Source of the DNA: Iphione sp. A-MEVVRFRX5
Taxonomy: Eukaryota
NCBI GenBank assembly: GCA_976226885.1
Contig: OZ320313.1
Location: forward strand, 164,424,001 to 164,488,000
Reading direction: 5' to 3'
Length of the DNA: 64,000 bases
Below the pieces are notes generated by a model, which was not told the origin of the DNA, searched no databases, and saw only the letters and a program-made list of their open reading frames with translations. Position numbers and translations under genes: made by a program. Of the stretch, positions 13,101-38,890 are shown piece by piece (positions within the stretch are counted from its first letter, which is position 1; each line of letters opens with the position of its first letter).

Positions 13101-13869
13101 GTGCAGCTGGGGCTGACTGCGTTGATGTTCGGGAGCGGCGGCCTCGCTGAGGAGCAGGAGGACTGTCCTGAGGAAGAAAAACAAAAAACGTATTTTTACA
13201 TTTGAAATTATTAAAATCTGGAATAGCTCTCAAAGTGGCGGTAAGGGTAGGCAATCGTTTGAAATCTATCTCACTGGCGTAGGATATGCAGCACAGCTCG
13301 AGGATTGAACCTGTACAACTATGTGTCATTTGAAACCCTTCAGATTTCAATTTCTCCGTTACAGTTTAAGCCAAAATCTTGGCTCCATAGATATTCACTA
13401 GGACCTGTCCAAAACTGTGTGCGATAGTTTCCCACTAGATGAACTGACATACTCTGAAGAATCCATGCAGGCTTTATCTCTCATCACTAGTATAAATTGA
13501 AAAAAAAACGCTCACAGTATGTTTAGACTTTCGAATATACCTGACAGACACGGGGTTCCTGAAAACTCGCGATTTTAACTGAATTTGTCCCACCTTTCTG
13601 CTGTGACTCACCTCGCCAGTGTGGGGCCCCAGGTTGATGTCTGGCACGGGGTGCTCCGGGGTGGGCCGGCCGTCGCGGAAGTGGCGGGAGCAGACCTTGT
13701 GGAAGTACTTGGGCTCCCAGGGCGTGCCGTCCGAGTTCACGCGGCGCAAGTTGGCCAGCCACTGTTTCTTCGTGGCCAGGTTCTTCTCCGACGGGAACGT
13801 GAAGAAGCGAATGTTTGCCGTCTTTCGACTGTTGGAGCGACAGCCACTTACTGCACAGCACTGCACCAT
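13101..13869 (-). CDS. THAP-domain (C2CH) coding exons; probable 5' end of the minus-strand gene
   Basis: Exon 13869-13612 encodes MVQCCAVSGC...FFTFP...KQWL...VCSRHF...PVPDI, with donor GAG|gtgagt. The next exon, 13167-13101, has a tcag acceptor and a C|gtaagc donor. Confidence 0.85.
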
Positions 13870-14569
13870 GATGTCGACCGGAAGTTTGTCAGTTTTGAAA
13901 GTTACTCTGGAAAGATAACAGAAGTGATTATTATGAATGAGGTCCACAGACTACAATACAAATATGCATATTGTTGTGGAGGGGTGGTGATGTGTGGAGC
14001 ATTTGACAGAGGGTTGGGGGATGTGCAAAGGGTACATGAATGTATAAGTAGTTTTGTTGTTGTTGTTGTTGTTTTGCTTGGGCCTTCTGACTGGGCAGTT
14101 CTGACTGTGCATTGGTGCCGATGGATCTCCTGTCGACGAAGGGTCCTCAGCACCGCACCCTTCTTTGAACCTGTAAACATGTGTTCCTCCCGGCATCTGA
14201 GGTTGCAAACAAAGTATTTTCCTGGCGGCTCTTTTGTGATTCAAATAAACACCTAATCATCCCTTCCTAATGTGAATTTTCTAGCGCCATTTTAATAAAC
14301 ATGTAACGTAGTCTGATTTACCTACGAGTCATAACGACTGGCTAGATATCAAAATTGTCCTGACACAGTTGTCTGTTTATACATTTTCAAATAACTTTCG
14401 ATGATGCAATAACCAACGATGGTCTTCCTCTACAAAACAATGTCACTGAAGCTGAATGTATACCTGCTTAAACCACCCCTGACGTCCTCTTCTCTCTTTG
14501 CTCCTACGATCCCCCGAAGTACATTATTCTAAGTAATTGTACTGTTGTTCTGGACAATCAAGTGTGACT

Positions 14570-14692
14570 CAGGTGAAATCTAGTCAGGCCTGGCCATGGT
14601 GAGGACTGGGTGAGAGTTCGAACCCATGACTTATCCTCTCTGTGTGTTGCCTATGTGAGGGCCAGTGCTCTTATCCATTGCGCCACAGAGAC
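14570..14692 (-). mobile_element. tRNA-derived SINE head
   Basis: A box TGGCGCAATGG (14685-14675) and B box GGTTCGAACTC (14624-14614), with an expanded spacer. Confidence 0.65.
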
Positions 14693-14837
14693 TGAACAAA
14701 GGTTAGACCACAATCCTCTCATTCACTACAGGGTTGAAGTTGAACTATGGTTAGATGTTTCACTTTTATATATATTTGCATGAGTTTAATAATGTCGGGG
14801 GAGACCCTCATCCCTCCTTTCTTTTCAGTCTTTTCAT

Positions 14838-15030
14838 GAATTAAATGCATCTTTGGCATGGTCTTCAGAAATATTTGCCACCTTTTCTTCAATGCATCTT
14901 TAGCTGAACCTCCAGTAAAATTTGTCACTTTTCAGAAATTATATGCATCTTTAGTGCTACCTCTGGAAACATTTGCCACTTTTTCCATGAATTTAATGCA
15001 TCTTCAGCATAGCCTCCAGAAACATTCCTT
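14838..15030. repeat. Degenerate ~50-bp tandem repeat, 4 copies
   Basis: aatgcatctttagc...ctccagaaacatttgccacttt units. Confidence 0.7.
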
Positions 15031-16235
15031 TTTTTCCTTTCTTTAATTAGGGGGGGGGGGGAGACCCCCCACCCACACAGCCTCTCTTCTTTTTCATTTT
15101 TTTTTCTCACAATTATAACAAACTTTAAATGTATGGCCTACTCAGACCCTGACGGCTCAGTTCACATCCTTCACAACACATGTACGGCCTACTGCATCCC
15201 TTCCTCCTTCTCTCTCTAAAATATCAACCAAGGACATGAACACCACCTCGGCTATCACCCTGGTGGACCTAGCCCTGTTGAATGGTCCTCAAATCGCACA
15301 TTGGGGGGGGGGGTGGGTGGGGAGGGATTTAAATCAGATAATGTCCTTGGACAGTACATTATCTACCATATACAGTTGCCTCTGCCTAAAGCGACCACCA
15401 AAGGGACTGTACAAAAGTGGTCGCCTAAGGCGAATGGCCGCCTAAGGCATTGGGTAGGAGGTCAAATCACAATGTCCAGAACTTGCTTTTCTCTCTAAAA
15501 CTGAATTCTAAAATCACACAAGTAAGGTAATGAAAGTATAACAAAATCAGATTATCCTTTCGAGAAAGATTATGCACTTGAAGTTTAGGGGCCCCTCATT
15601 TCGAACACATGTGGCCACCACAGAGACCACACACCTCTCTTTTGACATAAGAGTGTTGTTTACTTTTTGTGCGGGGGGACCCCCTATCCCCCCCCCTTTA
15701 CTTGCAAATTAGATGGGACCACTAAACTTCAACCTACCCAAGATTGTTTTACAGGACTGTATGGATAAAAACACCACCACCAGGATGTTAACAGGTGATC
15801 TCTCACCAACCCTAACCAGCCCTTTCCCCTGGGCAGTACTGGGTCTGACCTGGAGTTCCCACGGTCAAAATAGAGCACATAATGACAGGCACCAAAAGTG
15901 TGTGGCACCTACTGACGCATCCCCCTGTGGGCTCATGCATTGTTTGGAGTTTTTTGTTTTTGTAATTTCAGCACTACTTATTCATAAGATTCGTACCAAA
16001 ACGGCTCCTGATTGCACTTGAGATTCTGCGATGGTAATACCCACCAGTAAAGCAAACGAATTCCACTTACAGTTAATACCGCACGGTAATGGCATGATCA
16101 TCGCACTGTGTCTGTGGGCGAAAATACCTCGTTTCCATACTTTTTTTCCAACAACAAGCTTATAGCTTATGCCAGTGCTAAAACAGCATGTTAATTTTAG
16201 ACGGTCAGTCACGTTTAGCCAGATAAGAAACTTAC

Positions 16236-28713
<12,478 letters not shown>

Positions 28714-30895
28714 GGTCAAAAGGGGGCTCTACAAGACAGCTGATGAAAGATCACAGAAAAATTTTCATTTCAAAAAAACCAAGAAGGGTTATACTCGCTG
28801 GCTGCTGACTTGCTGCCAAGAAATTACCACCTCAGAAAGTAGTTCAGGCCCTCTTCTTTGTTCAGGGTTAGACAAAGGATAGGGAGGAAGTTTATACCCA
28901 TTCAGGGTAGGGAGAGAGTTTCATTAGGGGGGGGGGGCAGGTTGTCAGTTAAGGGCCATCTCTCAAGGCAGGGCACGAGGGCAAGTGGGGGGGGGTTGAT
29001 AAGGGAGGTTATCAGTTTGGAGACAAACCCATTCATGGGCAATCAAGGGCGACCATACATGGGAAAATTGATGAGGCTGGGGGAGTCGGTCTCTGCCTTC
29101 CGCTATGTTGGGTCAGGCGATGGGGAGGGGAATTTTTTCCATCGGGGATGTGGAGGAGAAGTTGATAATGGGAGCAAGGAGAACATCCTGGTAAGAGTCA
29201 ACCACCCACCTCACCTGCACGTCACGAAGGAAGGGACACCGTGGGCATTTTTAGGGAGTTGGTTGTGGGGGGGGGGGAATCAGGGGTTGAACCATCTTCC
29301 CAACACTTCATTGATATTTACCCGCAAAAGTATTAAACATGTCTTTAGTTAAACTGATCACATCTTCCCAAGACCGCTGCCCATGCTGAAGCCACTTATT
29401 GGAATTCTAAATGTGGGCACATTTAGGGAATCGAATCGAATTAAGGGATTGCCACACACCATTACTATGGATGATTTTTTTTTACTCTTTCTGACATCAT
29501 AATAGAGGATCCACCTAATCATTGCTGTATTTCAAGACATTTTCTTAGAAAATAGTAAACATATTTGTAGTAACGGTGTGGAAACCACTTCAGCAATAGG
29601 TTTATTCCATGATCATCCAGAGAGTGAAACGTGAGGCTGCCCGGCTAGGAGTCCGTGTTGTCAAGTTGGGTTTCGATTATTTTCTTGTTTTTAGGCTTGT
29701 TTTTTTTTTCCTGATTTTGTCTCAATTTTCTTGGGTTCAGATACACATAGAATAGACAGAGACAAGTGGGCAACCCTGGCGGTCTTGGATGCACTTGTTA
29801 TATGTTACAAGTCTAATTGGCACTCTGATTTAGCGTAATGTTTTAAGTTCGGTGTCTCTTGATGTTTGCAATGTCCTGAGTTGATTTTTTTAATTTTTTT
29901 TAGAAAATTGATAGTAGCACATGGCCAGGACTCTTTATTTCTTATCGCAGATGCTGTATCTGCAAATTTAGATCTGAGAAAAAATAGAAACTATGCGATT
30001 GTATCAACCACATGATCAGGTGAAGGTGTGATTTTTACTTGACGAATGGTTTAATCTTTCCAGGGATACTTCCGTAAGCATCCCACATCGAAATTGTACT
30101 TAAAAAATTATGTTACCTACCGATGGCTGAGGTTGTGCGCTGTCTGCAGCTTGACCACAGTGTACGATAAAAAGGCTATTTTGATTTCTCGTAATCCGCC
30201 GTGATGCCAAGTAGGATTTATGGTTGGATTTTCCATGTATGAGGAGCCGCGGACGGTGGTGGTTGCAACAAAGTTAACATGTATGATCGGGAAAAGTTCC
30301 CCATGGACGTATAAGCCGAAATATGTGTCCGGTGAGAACGAATTGTCTCAAGCCTTGTGGCCCTTCACAATGAACCAGTAAGAGCTATTTGTGAGTATTG
30401 GTACTACTGTATATCTGTTGCATAGTATGACAAAACACACCAAAAAAGGTTTTCTTTTTGTAAAATGTTCTGGCTGTTAAATATCAATTTGTGAACAGTG
30501 TCGACACGTGATCGAAATGTAGTTGGGTATGTAGTTCGTAAAGACTAAACCTGTTCTCTATGACACTCTATTATTGAAAGGGAATAGTGTTCCCTGTTAG
30601 ATTGTGCTAAGTACATTGAAAAGGGGTATGATTACCGGAACATTGCCAAATCTTTAGGTATGGTAATAATGGCGTTTGTTTCTTTTTATTTTTTTCAAAG
30701 CTTGCCAGATATTTTAGTTTTTTCTGTTATATTGTTAAGCCCCATTCCACACGTGTCAAACAGTGACAGTTCTGCATGCATTAATTTACTGGGGTCATCC
30801 CCTGTATGCTTTATGTACACATATATGCATCTGCTAAACAAATGCTGCATTCTCCTACACACACTCCAGCGCGACCGCTTCCCACCTTCAATATA

Positions 30896-31058
30896 CAGTG
30901 GTCCCCCCTTATCCGATATTTTTGGTTCCCTACAATTTTGTCAGGTATATGAGATTTGTCAGATTCGGAAACATTTTCAATTGATTTTTTTCCATTTGGT
31001 TCCTGGAAACTCTGTCAGATAAGCAGTATTGTCAGTTACGAGGTTACAGGGACCACTG
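30896..31058. mobile_element. Small Tc1/mariner-type MITE
   Basis: TA|CAGTGGTCCC at the left end and GGGACCACTG at the right end. Confidence 0.6.
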
Positions 31059-34000
31059 CAATTATTATATACACAGAACAGCACCTTAAGAATTGTATTA
31101 ACTGGACTATGCTGCCAGTCTAGAAAAAAAAAACTTATCTCCCGAGTCCTACATGTTAAGCCAGTCCATAGGTATTATATTCTGAGCAGCTAAGTGATCT
31201 CGGTTTCTCTCTTTGTCTCTGTGTGTGCATCTCTCGTCTGTCTCTCTGTAAAGAGTAGAGCACTAAGTGGTATGGATGTTAAATCTTCTGTCCATCCCCC
31301 TCGTCTGAGGCCTACCTACTGCTGATAGCTACATGATGTTGAAATTGCAGTCTTAACCTACTGCATGTCCAGTGTTGTTCGTTGCGTGAATCACGGAAGA
31401 TCAACTCTTAATCATTTTGTTTCTTGAGACCGTGCATAGATTTAGACAAGTGGGCTACCTTTTCCCCCCTGTCTTTTATACGCAACATTATTGTTAATCG
31501 ACAAGATTGATGTCTAACCTTTCAATGTGAAAGGCTTGACTGAGGAGGCAACTGTCCGTGGTTTGTTTCTAGAGTTTCAAATGCATAAACCTGAAGTATT
31601 GCTTTCCATTTACTATTACCCTGAACCTTAAGGGCGTGCACATATATTTCTTATGGATTGTCACCAATATGTACTTGTTGCTAACCTTGGACAGACAAGG
31701 AAATCTACTTTGGACGTAAGGCTTTTCTGATTTTAGTTGTGCTTGCTATGTGGAGTATTCGTTTGTGCTTATTACTTGTGCTCGGAGCTTAGGATACTGC
31801 AGAGGCAGTGTATTCCTGTGAATGTTCCATTTATACAGACGGTAGTTTTGTTCGAGATCTAAGGGTTACTAGAATGTCACAAAAATATTTTGATCAGCAG
31901 CCATTTGATTATAACATCATAAAGGGCAAAAGGGATTGCATTGCCGTCAGATGGTTGACGATCTAATGATCCATGAATTATCCCATCACTTGTGTCGGGA
32001 TAAAAGTGCTTAACCATGCCTGAAGCCCATGAAAGAACGCCATTTATGATGTTGAATGGACTTGACTGTCAATTTACTGATTGCGTGTAACTTAGCAGCA
32101 TAATGATGTGACACCTAATTCTGACAGCCCAATCAACTGTCGCCGCAAATGGTAAAATATGCGTCATTATTACCAGTGTATTCGATTGTTTCCAAGATAC
32201 ACGCGGTCTGTCTGTCACCACACTTTAACATTAGTACGTAACCATGATTTAATTGGGACCGGATGGAATGGAATTCATTCAGCAATAGGTTCATTCACCA
32301 CAGGATTCAATGTCTGCGGTCATTCTTACTCCGAGCGACACCAATGCTATGTATATGTACATATGTAGGCTCGAGTGTAGGCTGAGCTTTAATTTCTCGA
32401 GGTTGTTTTTTTTGGTTTATATAGTGCCCCAACTGCTGTGGACAGGAGTGTGTAAATGATGGTGATGGCCGGGGGATGGGACGGGAAGTAATACGAACGG
32501 GAGACTTCACAGTAGCAGACAACGGACGTGTGAATGCAATTCTCAGTGTGGCCTGGGTCATATTCGGGGAACACTCTAATTGACATTTTAAGTCTAAATG
32601 GCAATCACAGAGTTGTTGAGGAGAGAAAATTGCTTGATCATCAGTATACATGTATGTACTGAACACCAACTTTCATTTTCATGTCACACCATAGTATATA
32701 TTCTAGTCTACAGCCTTGGACCTGATTTCCCTGCTGGTGTAGTATACGTGAAGAAATCATTCATAACGGATTTGGTAGGAAGAGAGCAGGGTTGCTTTTG
32801 GAGCATTTACTTCTTTTGTTTATTCATCGGTGAGCATCAGATGAACCCAGGGTTTTTTTTTCTCTCACTGTAAGAGGGAGGTCACACCGTTTGGCTGCGG
32901 TCCCTGTCATGGTAGGGTCTGTTACGTGGGGAGCTGTACATTCTGATGCGTCTGAAAATTGACCTCTTCACTGGTGGACATTCGAAAGAAACAGATACAC
33001 ACGCATGTACATGTATATGGATGATTGTGTAAGCATCTGTATCCATATACATATATGCATGAAATCAAAACGCCTTGACGTAAAGAAGCATACATGTGCA
33101 GTGCATAATAAGTGTGTGCAACATGAGAGCCCAGGTTGGACAAATTTTTTCGCCGTTGGTGAACATGATTGTTAAATGGAAGTGATCTGGAGAAAGAGAT
33201 CGTCTCCTCGGTTGCATCGACAAAATGCATTTTATTTTTTTCTGGCATCGCAATACCCAGGGTTTGTGGTAGAGATGCCTAGGTGAATCTTCTCAGTTTG
33301 AGAAAAGGGAGGGGAAAAAATGATTATTGACGTTCACTTTGTAAATCTGATGATTGCTCACACATTATAAGAATTAATCCGAGAATCAGTTCAGTGCTCT
33401 TATATATGTTGAATCATCAACAGTTTCAAACTACAAACCAAAATCATGCATTGTGTACAAAGCCTTTGCTTTGAGTTTATTTTTTTCCCCACATACCTGG
33501 ATGTAAAGCTCGTATATTAGTAATAGTGTCAAACTGCGAATACAGATTATGTATGTTTATATATGTGTGTGTATGTATACATATGTATACATATAGACAT
33601 GTATATGTGTGTGGCGTTTGTAATGGCCGCATGTTGTCATTTTATTAGAGTAAAATGACATTTTCATTTGCAGCGATGAATATTTTAACCCATTTCCAAA
33701 AATTATCTAGAATGTACTTGAGGTATCCATTTTCGACCTTAAGCAATATTTTCATCCATTATACACAGAACGTTATCATCTGTCGTCATCTACAGTGCTT
33801 TGTTTGAGATGAAGCATTTTTCACTACAGTTTTTTTTTCAAATTAAAAGAAGCCTTTGGGCAGACAACAGAAAAAACTGCTACTTAATAAACATGTAAGG
33901 CAAGGTTCTAAGCTTGGGAAATTGTGTAAGGTTAGGTTGTCATTTGTCACGGCCATTTGGTTCAATACCCCAGGTATTGGGTTTTGTGGATCATATTTGG

Positions 34001-35049
34001 TATTGTATAAAATTTGGTTTTCCATAAACTGTGCCAGCCATGTAGCTAGGGTATGAAACATGTTTGCTTTTATCTACGAATAATAGCTCTGGATGTGTAT
34101 GCCATGTGCTATTGGTACACGCAGCAGTTCTGAGATCCACACAGTTAATTAAGTCTCTGAGGCTTTATGAACCACCCAGGTATTCTTTGTTTTTCGTGAC
34201 CAGTCAGTATTTGCTGACTCAGATCTATGGACGTGTTCACAGGCAACTCCCCAATCTTCCCATGCTGTTGGGGATTAGTATACGTGACCAGATACTACCT
34301 GAAGCTTTGCAGAGAGATCTATGTGGACAGGATTTGTACACTGCTAGGCTGCCATGTAGAGTAAAACCTCATTATTACGATGGCCGTGAGCGGAGCAAAA
34401 AAAAGACCATTTGTGGCGAATTAATTATGAACGTTGAACATCTGATTATGCACCACTTTTCTGTATTCTGGACTCGTCGTACTAAGGAGGTTTTGCTGCT
34501 CATGTACTCTGTAATTGCATGTACACCGCTTACTATTTTATGTCTAGTAAAGAGCATCCATTAAACCCAGCCTGGGTTCTTTTTCCCGGAGATCTTAAAC
34601 TCGTGTGTGTCAGTGCCAAATGCTTGCTGGCAAATGTCATTGGAAACCATGTTGAATCCTGGGATGTGTAAATGACAGCGAGGGGGGCACAGTGGGCTGT
34701 CTCAGTGTGTCCCCAAGTGTCTTAAAATATTCTCTCAACATTTAGATAAGCGCCTGGATTTGAATTAAAGACCACCTATCGACTGTTTACAAATGCCTTG
34801 TGTATTTCATTCGTAACTGTTCTAACATATTGAAGTACATTGACTAAGAGTATATTCATTAAGATACAGAACTGGCAAGTTAAAAACAATACAGCACATT
34901 TTTTTAAAAAACGCATCATAGCCTTGTTACATTGGTGCATATAGCAATCCTTATGGGAAAGCGTCATAATGCAGAGCTGATAGTTCTTAGTCTGTTTTAT
35001 ACCACAAATTGAAAGTCTCTTAGATCCACATGTAGACCTGCCAAGTACC

Positions 35050-35725
35050 CTGTAGCCGTACCTTTGCCAGGAAAACCTAGACACTCTTGACTGACACTTA
35101 TCTCACGTAACAACACTGCTTTTGATAAATGATTTATTTAGGTAGTTCGGCGACAAGCGATGGGAGCTGCACAGTGAAGGTCCGGCATACTTACAATTCT
35201 GAATACAGTTTTGATGGTAGAATCATAAATTTCCCGAGGGCAGTTTTGATGCTATAAATATGGTTTTGATTCTGAACAGACTTTTGACCTTCATCACAAT
35301 TATTCTCACCACATAAACACACACTCCATCGCTCCTAGCACCGCCACAAGAGTGAGTGAGAGTGAGCGTGTGTGCATGCGTGCATGCATACCTGTAGCTG
35401 TACCTTTGCCAGGAAAACCTAGACACTCTTGACTGACATACCTATCTCGCGTAACAACACTGCTTTTGATAAATGATTTATTCAGGTAGTTCGGCGACAA
35501 GCGATGGGAGCTGCACAGTGAAGGTCCGGCATACTTACAATTCTGAATACAGTTTTGATGGTAGAATCATAAATGTCCCGAAGGCAGTTTTGATGCTATA
35601 AATATGGTTTTGATTCTGAACAGACTTTTGACCTTCATCACAATTATTCTCACCACATAAACACACACTCCATCGCTCCTAGCACCACCACAAGAGTGAG
35701 TGAGAGTGAGCTTGCGTGCATACGT
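35050..35725. repeat. Near-identical 342-bp tandem duplication
   Basis: ctgtag.cgtacctttgccaggaaaacctagacactcttgactgac at 35050 and 35392. Confidence 0.95.
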
Positions 35726-35727
35726 GT

Positions 35728-35965
35728 GTGCTGATCAGAAGGAATTCCAGCCAACTCTGTGTAAAAGACATGTTCTTTGTGCTGTCAGAAGGAGTTGCAA
35801 CCAAATCTGTGTAAATGTATTATTAGTGCTTATCAAAAGGAATTCCACCCAAATCTGTGAAAATAGCACATTTTTTTGTGCTGATTGGAAGAAATTCCAC
35901 CCAAATCTGTGAAAATAGCACGTTTTTTTTGGTGCTGATCGGAAGGAATTCCGACCAAATTTGCA
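35728..35965. repeat. Degenerate ~50-bp tandem repeat
   Basis: gtgctgat...aaggaattcca.ccaaatctgtg recurs 4-5 times. Confidence 0.75.
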
Positions 35966-36574
35966 CAAATGATGTTTTTTCAATGCAAATTCAGACAAAT
36001 GATTTAACATGAACTAACATATGTTGGACTGCATTTCTCCTGCTTTAAATTCTCATTTCCCTAGCCTACTCGTCTGTGTAGGTGCCCAGAGTCGAGAGAA
36101 ATTTATGGACCTTGTTCCTTTTTGGTCTCCAGATGCCTCCAGACGCTGGACTCCTATCACATACAAATGGAACACCACCAGTTAGATGGCCATAGATCAT
36201 TTTGTGTACGTGGAATCCTGCGAAAAAAATCTGTACACATGGAAAGCATGCCGAAGTAAAGGGATGGTGGTGACAATAGCAGTGAGCGAGTTGGCAGAAT
36301 GGCCAGACAGCTAGCACCCTAGTCCCTCAAAGTCAGACCTGTAAGTCATCCTCCAACCTCCTACACTCCACAAATAGGATAACAAATGTACTGAAGGAGT
36401 GTTCATGTGGATGGTTCTCTCTCCCCCAACGTACCTATGACCTACTGGTTGTTGTGAGGTAGTACAGTAAAATACCAGCTCAGACTTAAACTAGCAGAAG
36501 AAACAGCTCTGATCTGCAGTATGACAAGGAACTTTCAAGCTCAAGGAGCAACTCCCCCCCCCCCACCTTTTGAA

Positions 36575-36925
36575 TGACCCTACCCACTCCCCTCCCCTCT
36601 CCAGTGACCCTACCCCCCTCCCCTCACCTCTTCAGTGACCCTTCCCCTCCCCTCACCTTTCCAGTGATCCTACCCTCTCCCCTCACCTCTTCAGTGACCC
36701 TACCACCTCCCCTCACCTCTCCAGTGATCCTACCCTCTCCCCTCACCTCTTCAGTGACCCTATCCCCTCCCCTCACCTCTCCAGTGATCCTACCCTCTCC
36801 CCTCACCTCTTCAGTGACCCTACCACCTCCCCTCACCTCTCCAGTGATCCTACCCTCTCCCCTCACCTCTTCAGCAACCCTATCCCCTCCCCTCACCTCT
36901 CCAGTGATCCTACCCTCTCCTCTTG
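36575..36925. repeat. C-rich 30-bp minisatellite
   Basis: cccctcacctct(c/t)cagtga(t/c)cctaccc.ct units at 30-bp spacing. Confidence 0.9.
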
Positions 36926-37093
36926 CCTCTCAAGTGCTCCTCCTCCCCCTCCCCTTGCCTTCTGTATTTTTAATCGTAGTGACCGGTACATCACACTATT
37001 GTAAAATCAGGCCCCTGGGTGGCAGGAATAATAATTCCCAAACCAATGTTGTCACGGTAAATACAATTGCATGGAGTACCATTTAAGGATATA

Positions 37094-37711
37094 CAGGAGA
37101 ACCTTACTTTGCGACCTCATCACTTTACGACCAAACCGACCATTGCAACCATTTTGGGTCAGAACGGAAATATTCTCAATACATATTCTATATGAGTGTC
37201 TTACTTTGTGTCCAAATTCACCATACGACCACTCATCTTAGGGTCGTTTTCTGTATATTTTACTATTGCTTTGCGACCATCTCTGATATTCTCTCACCCT
37301 GGAGAGGGTGGCAGGAGTGGTCGTGGGCGTCAACTGCGACTTCTCTGATGTTCCTCACACCTTGGAGAGGGTGGCGGGAGTGGTCGCGGGCGTCAACCGT
37401 GACGTCTTTAATGGTCTCTCACCCTGGAGAGGGTGGCAGAAGTGGTCGCGGGCGTCAACTGCGACTTCTCTGTTCCTCACACCTTGGAGAGGGTGGCGGG
37501 AGTGGTCGTCTCTGATGTTCTCTTACCTCTTTGAGTCACTTTTAGTCATCAAATTCAGCACTTTTTTGACTTAAAGTCATCAAATTCGGCACTTTTTGGA
37601 CGTTTCAGAGAGAATCCACATGTAAGTAGTAATTATTGCTTTGCGACCATATTCACTATCATGACCATTTTGGGCCAACCCAACTGGTGGTCGCAAAGTA
37701 AGTTTCTCCTG
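37094..37711. mobile_element. Tc1/mariner-type MITE with TA TSD and an internal ~62-bp tandem repeat (37291-37520)
   Basis: TA|CAGGAGAACCTTACTTTGCGACC ... GGTCGCAAAGTAAGTTTCTCCTG|TA (one mismatch). Confidence 0.85.
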
Positions 37712-38670
37712 TATATCCAATAACAGGCAACACGCATATGTATAATGATAAGAGGTGAGAGCCAAAGTCCACATACGTATACATCAGCGACACCTGTTCA
37801 AGGACACACACTCTGGTAAGGCTTGGAGACGGGCGGCTGTCACAACACATGTACAAGTGACACTGTATAAGATATGTATGTGTATGGGGGAAGGGTCAGA
37901 ATACACAGTTTGACTGCAGTTCAATATAGACACCCCACACAAAATGAGGTCATCTTAGCCTGTGGTCGCATTCTTCTAGACAGCAAGATATACAACATCC
38001 ATCAGAATTACAGTCAACCTTGACACAGCAACTCCATTTTCAATGTTTTCTTTTGGAAACATGTCGTTCCATTTATTCAGTCTGATTTCAGTAAAATAAA
38101 ATATGCATTTTGAAGTCCATGATAAATATTGTCTATTCAATGCTAGCTTCTCTATCAAAAATTGATCCTGAAACAGGTTTCTTCAAATTACTATGCATGA
38201 TCCAAGTGAAGAAACTAACAGCTGACGAGTCAACGGGCTATTGTCAGTTTGGTTGGGACTGAAATTAATTTGTCTAATTTAGAATAAAATAGAATTACTA
38301 TATATATAACTTGTTACTTCTGAGTATGCTAAGTTTTGTGTTATTCAAATCATATTAAAAAAAGGTCTGGAGAAAGAAATATGTGCTTATGTGGGGCTGG
38401 AAATCAGCCTCGGCTGATGCTCACATTTTTCGGAGATTCTCGAAATAAAAAAAAATGGGGGAACAACGTAGCTTTATTAAATGACCAATATTTACAGGAG
38501 AATAGAAAAAATAAAAACGTTTTTAATAGAATTTAAACATTGATCATTACCTATAACTCACTATAGCCATTTATAATCCAATCAAAGGCAGTTCTCTACT
38601 AATAACCCCACTCACTACTGGCCAAGGATGAAATTACATGAATCAACATTTATTGAGTCCTTTTAGCAAT

Positions 38671-38890
38671 GCCTACAGTGGAGGTCTGGTGCCATCACTT
38701 CAGGAATTCAGGCCTCACTCAGCAATCCATACCTCCACTTACCAATGCCTACAGTGGGGTTCTAGTGCCATCACTTCAGGAATTCAGGCCTTACTCAGGA
38801 ATCCAGACCTCCACTGACCAAAGCCTACAGTGAAGGTCTGGTGCCATCACTTCAGGAATCCAGACCTCACTCAGGAATCCATACCTCCGC
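38671..38890. repeat. ~75-bp tandem repeat, 3 copies
   Basis: gcctacagtgga.gtctggtgccatcacttcaggaat.caggcctcactcag.aatcca.acctcc units. Confidence 0.9.

Noticed and set aside
13612-13869. Autonomous P-element or THAP9 transposase
   Set aside because: No catalytic-domain exons or TIRs were found nearby.
13585-14256. 223-aa plus-strand ORF
   Set aside because: It is the antisense shadow of the GC-rich THAP exon, with no recognisable domain.
5921-14692. tRNA genes at 5.9 and 14.6 kb
   Set aside because: A and B boxes are present, but there are no cloverleaf stems; they were called SINE heads instead.
28858-29352. 164-aa ORF after TRAM
   Set aside because: It lies in G-rich, stop-poor presumed UTR, with no motif or splice support.
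36066-36230. Possible terminal exon (GFHVHKMIYG...)
   Set aside because: It has an acceptor but no recognisable homology and no linkable upstream exon.
36574-37086. Pro/Ser-rich 170-aa ORF, and the ER/SL ORFs at 40.7-41.1 kb
   Set aside because: These are translations of minisatellites and microsatellites.
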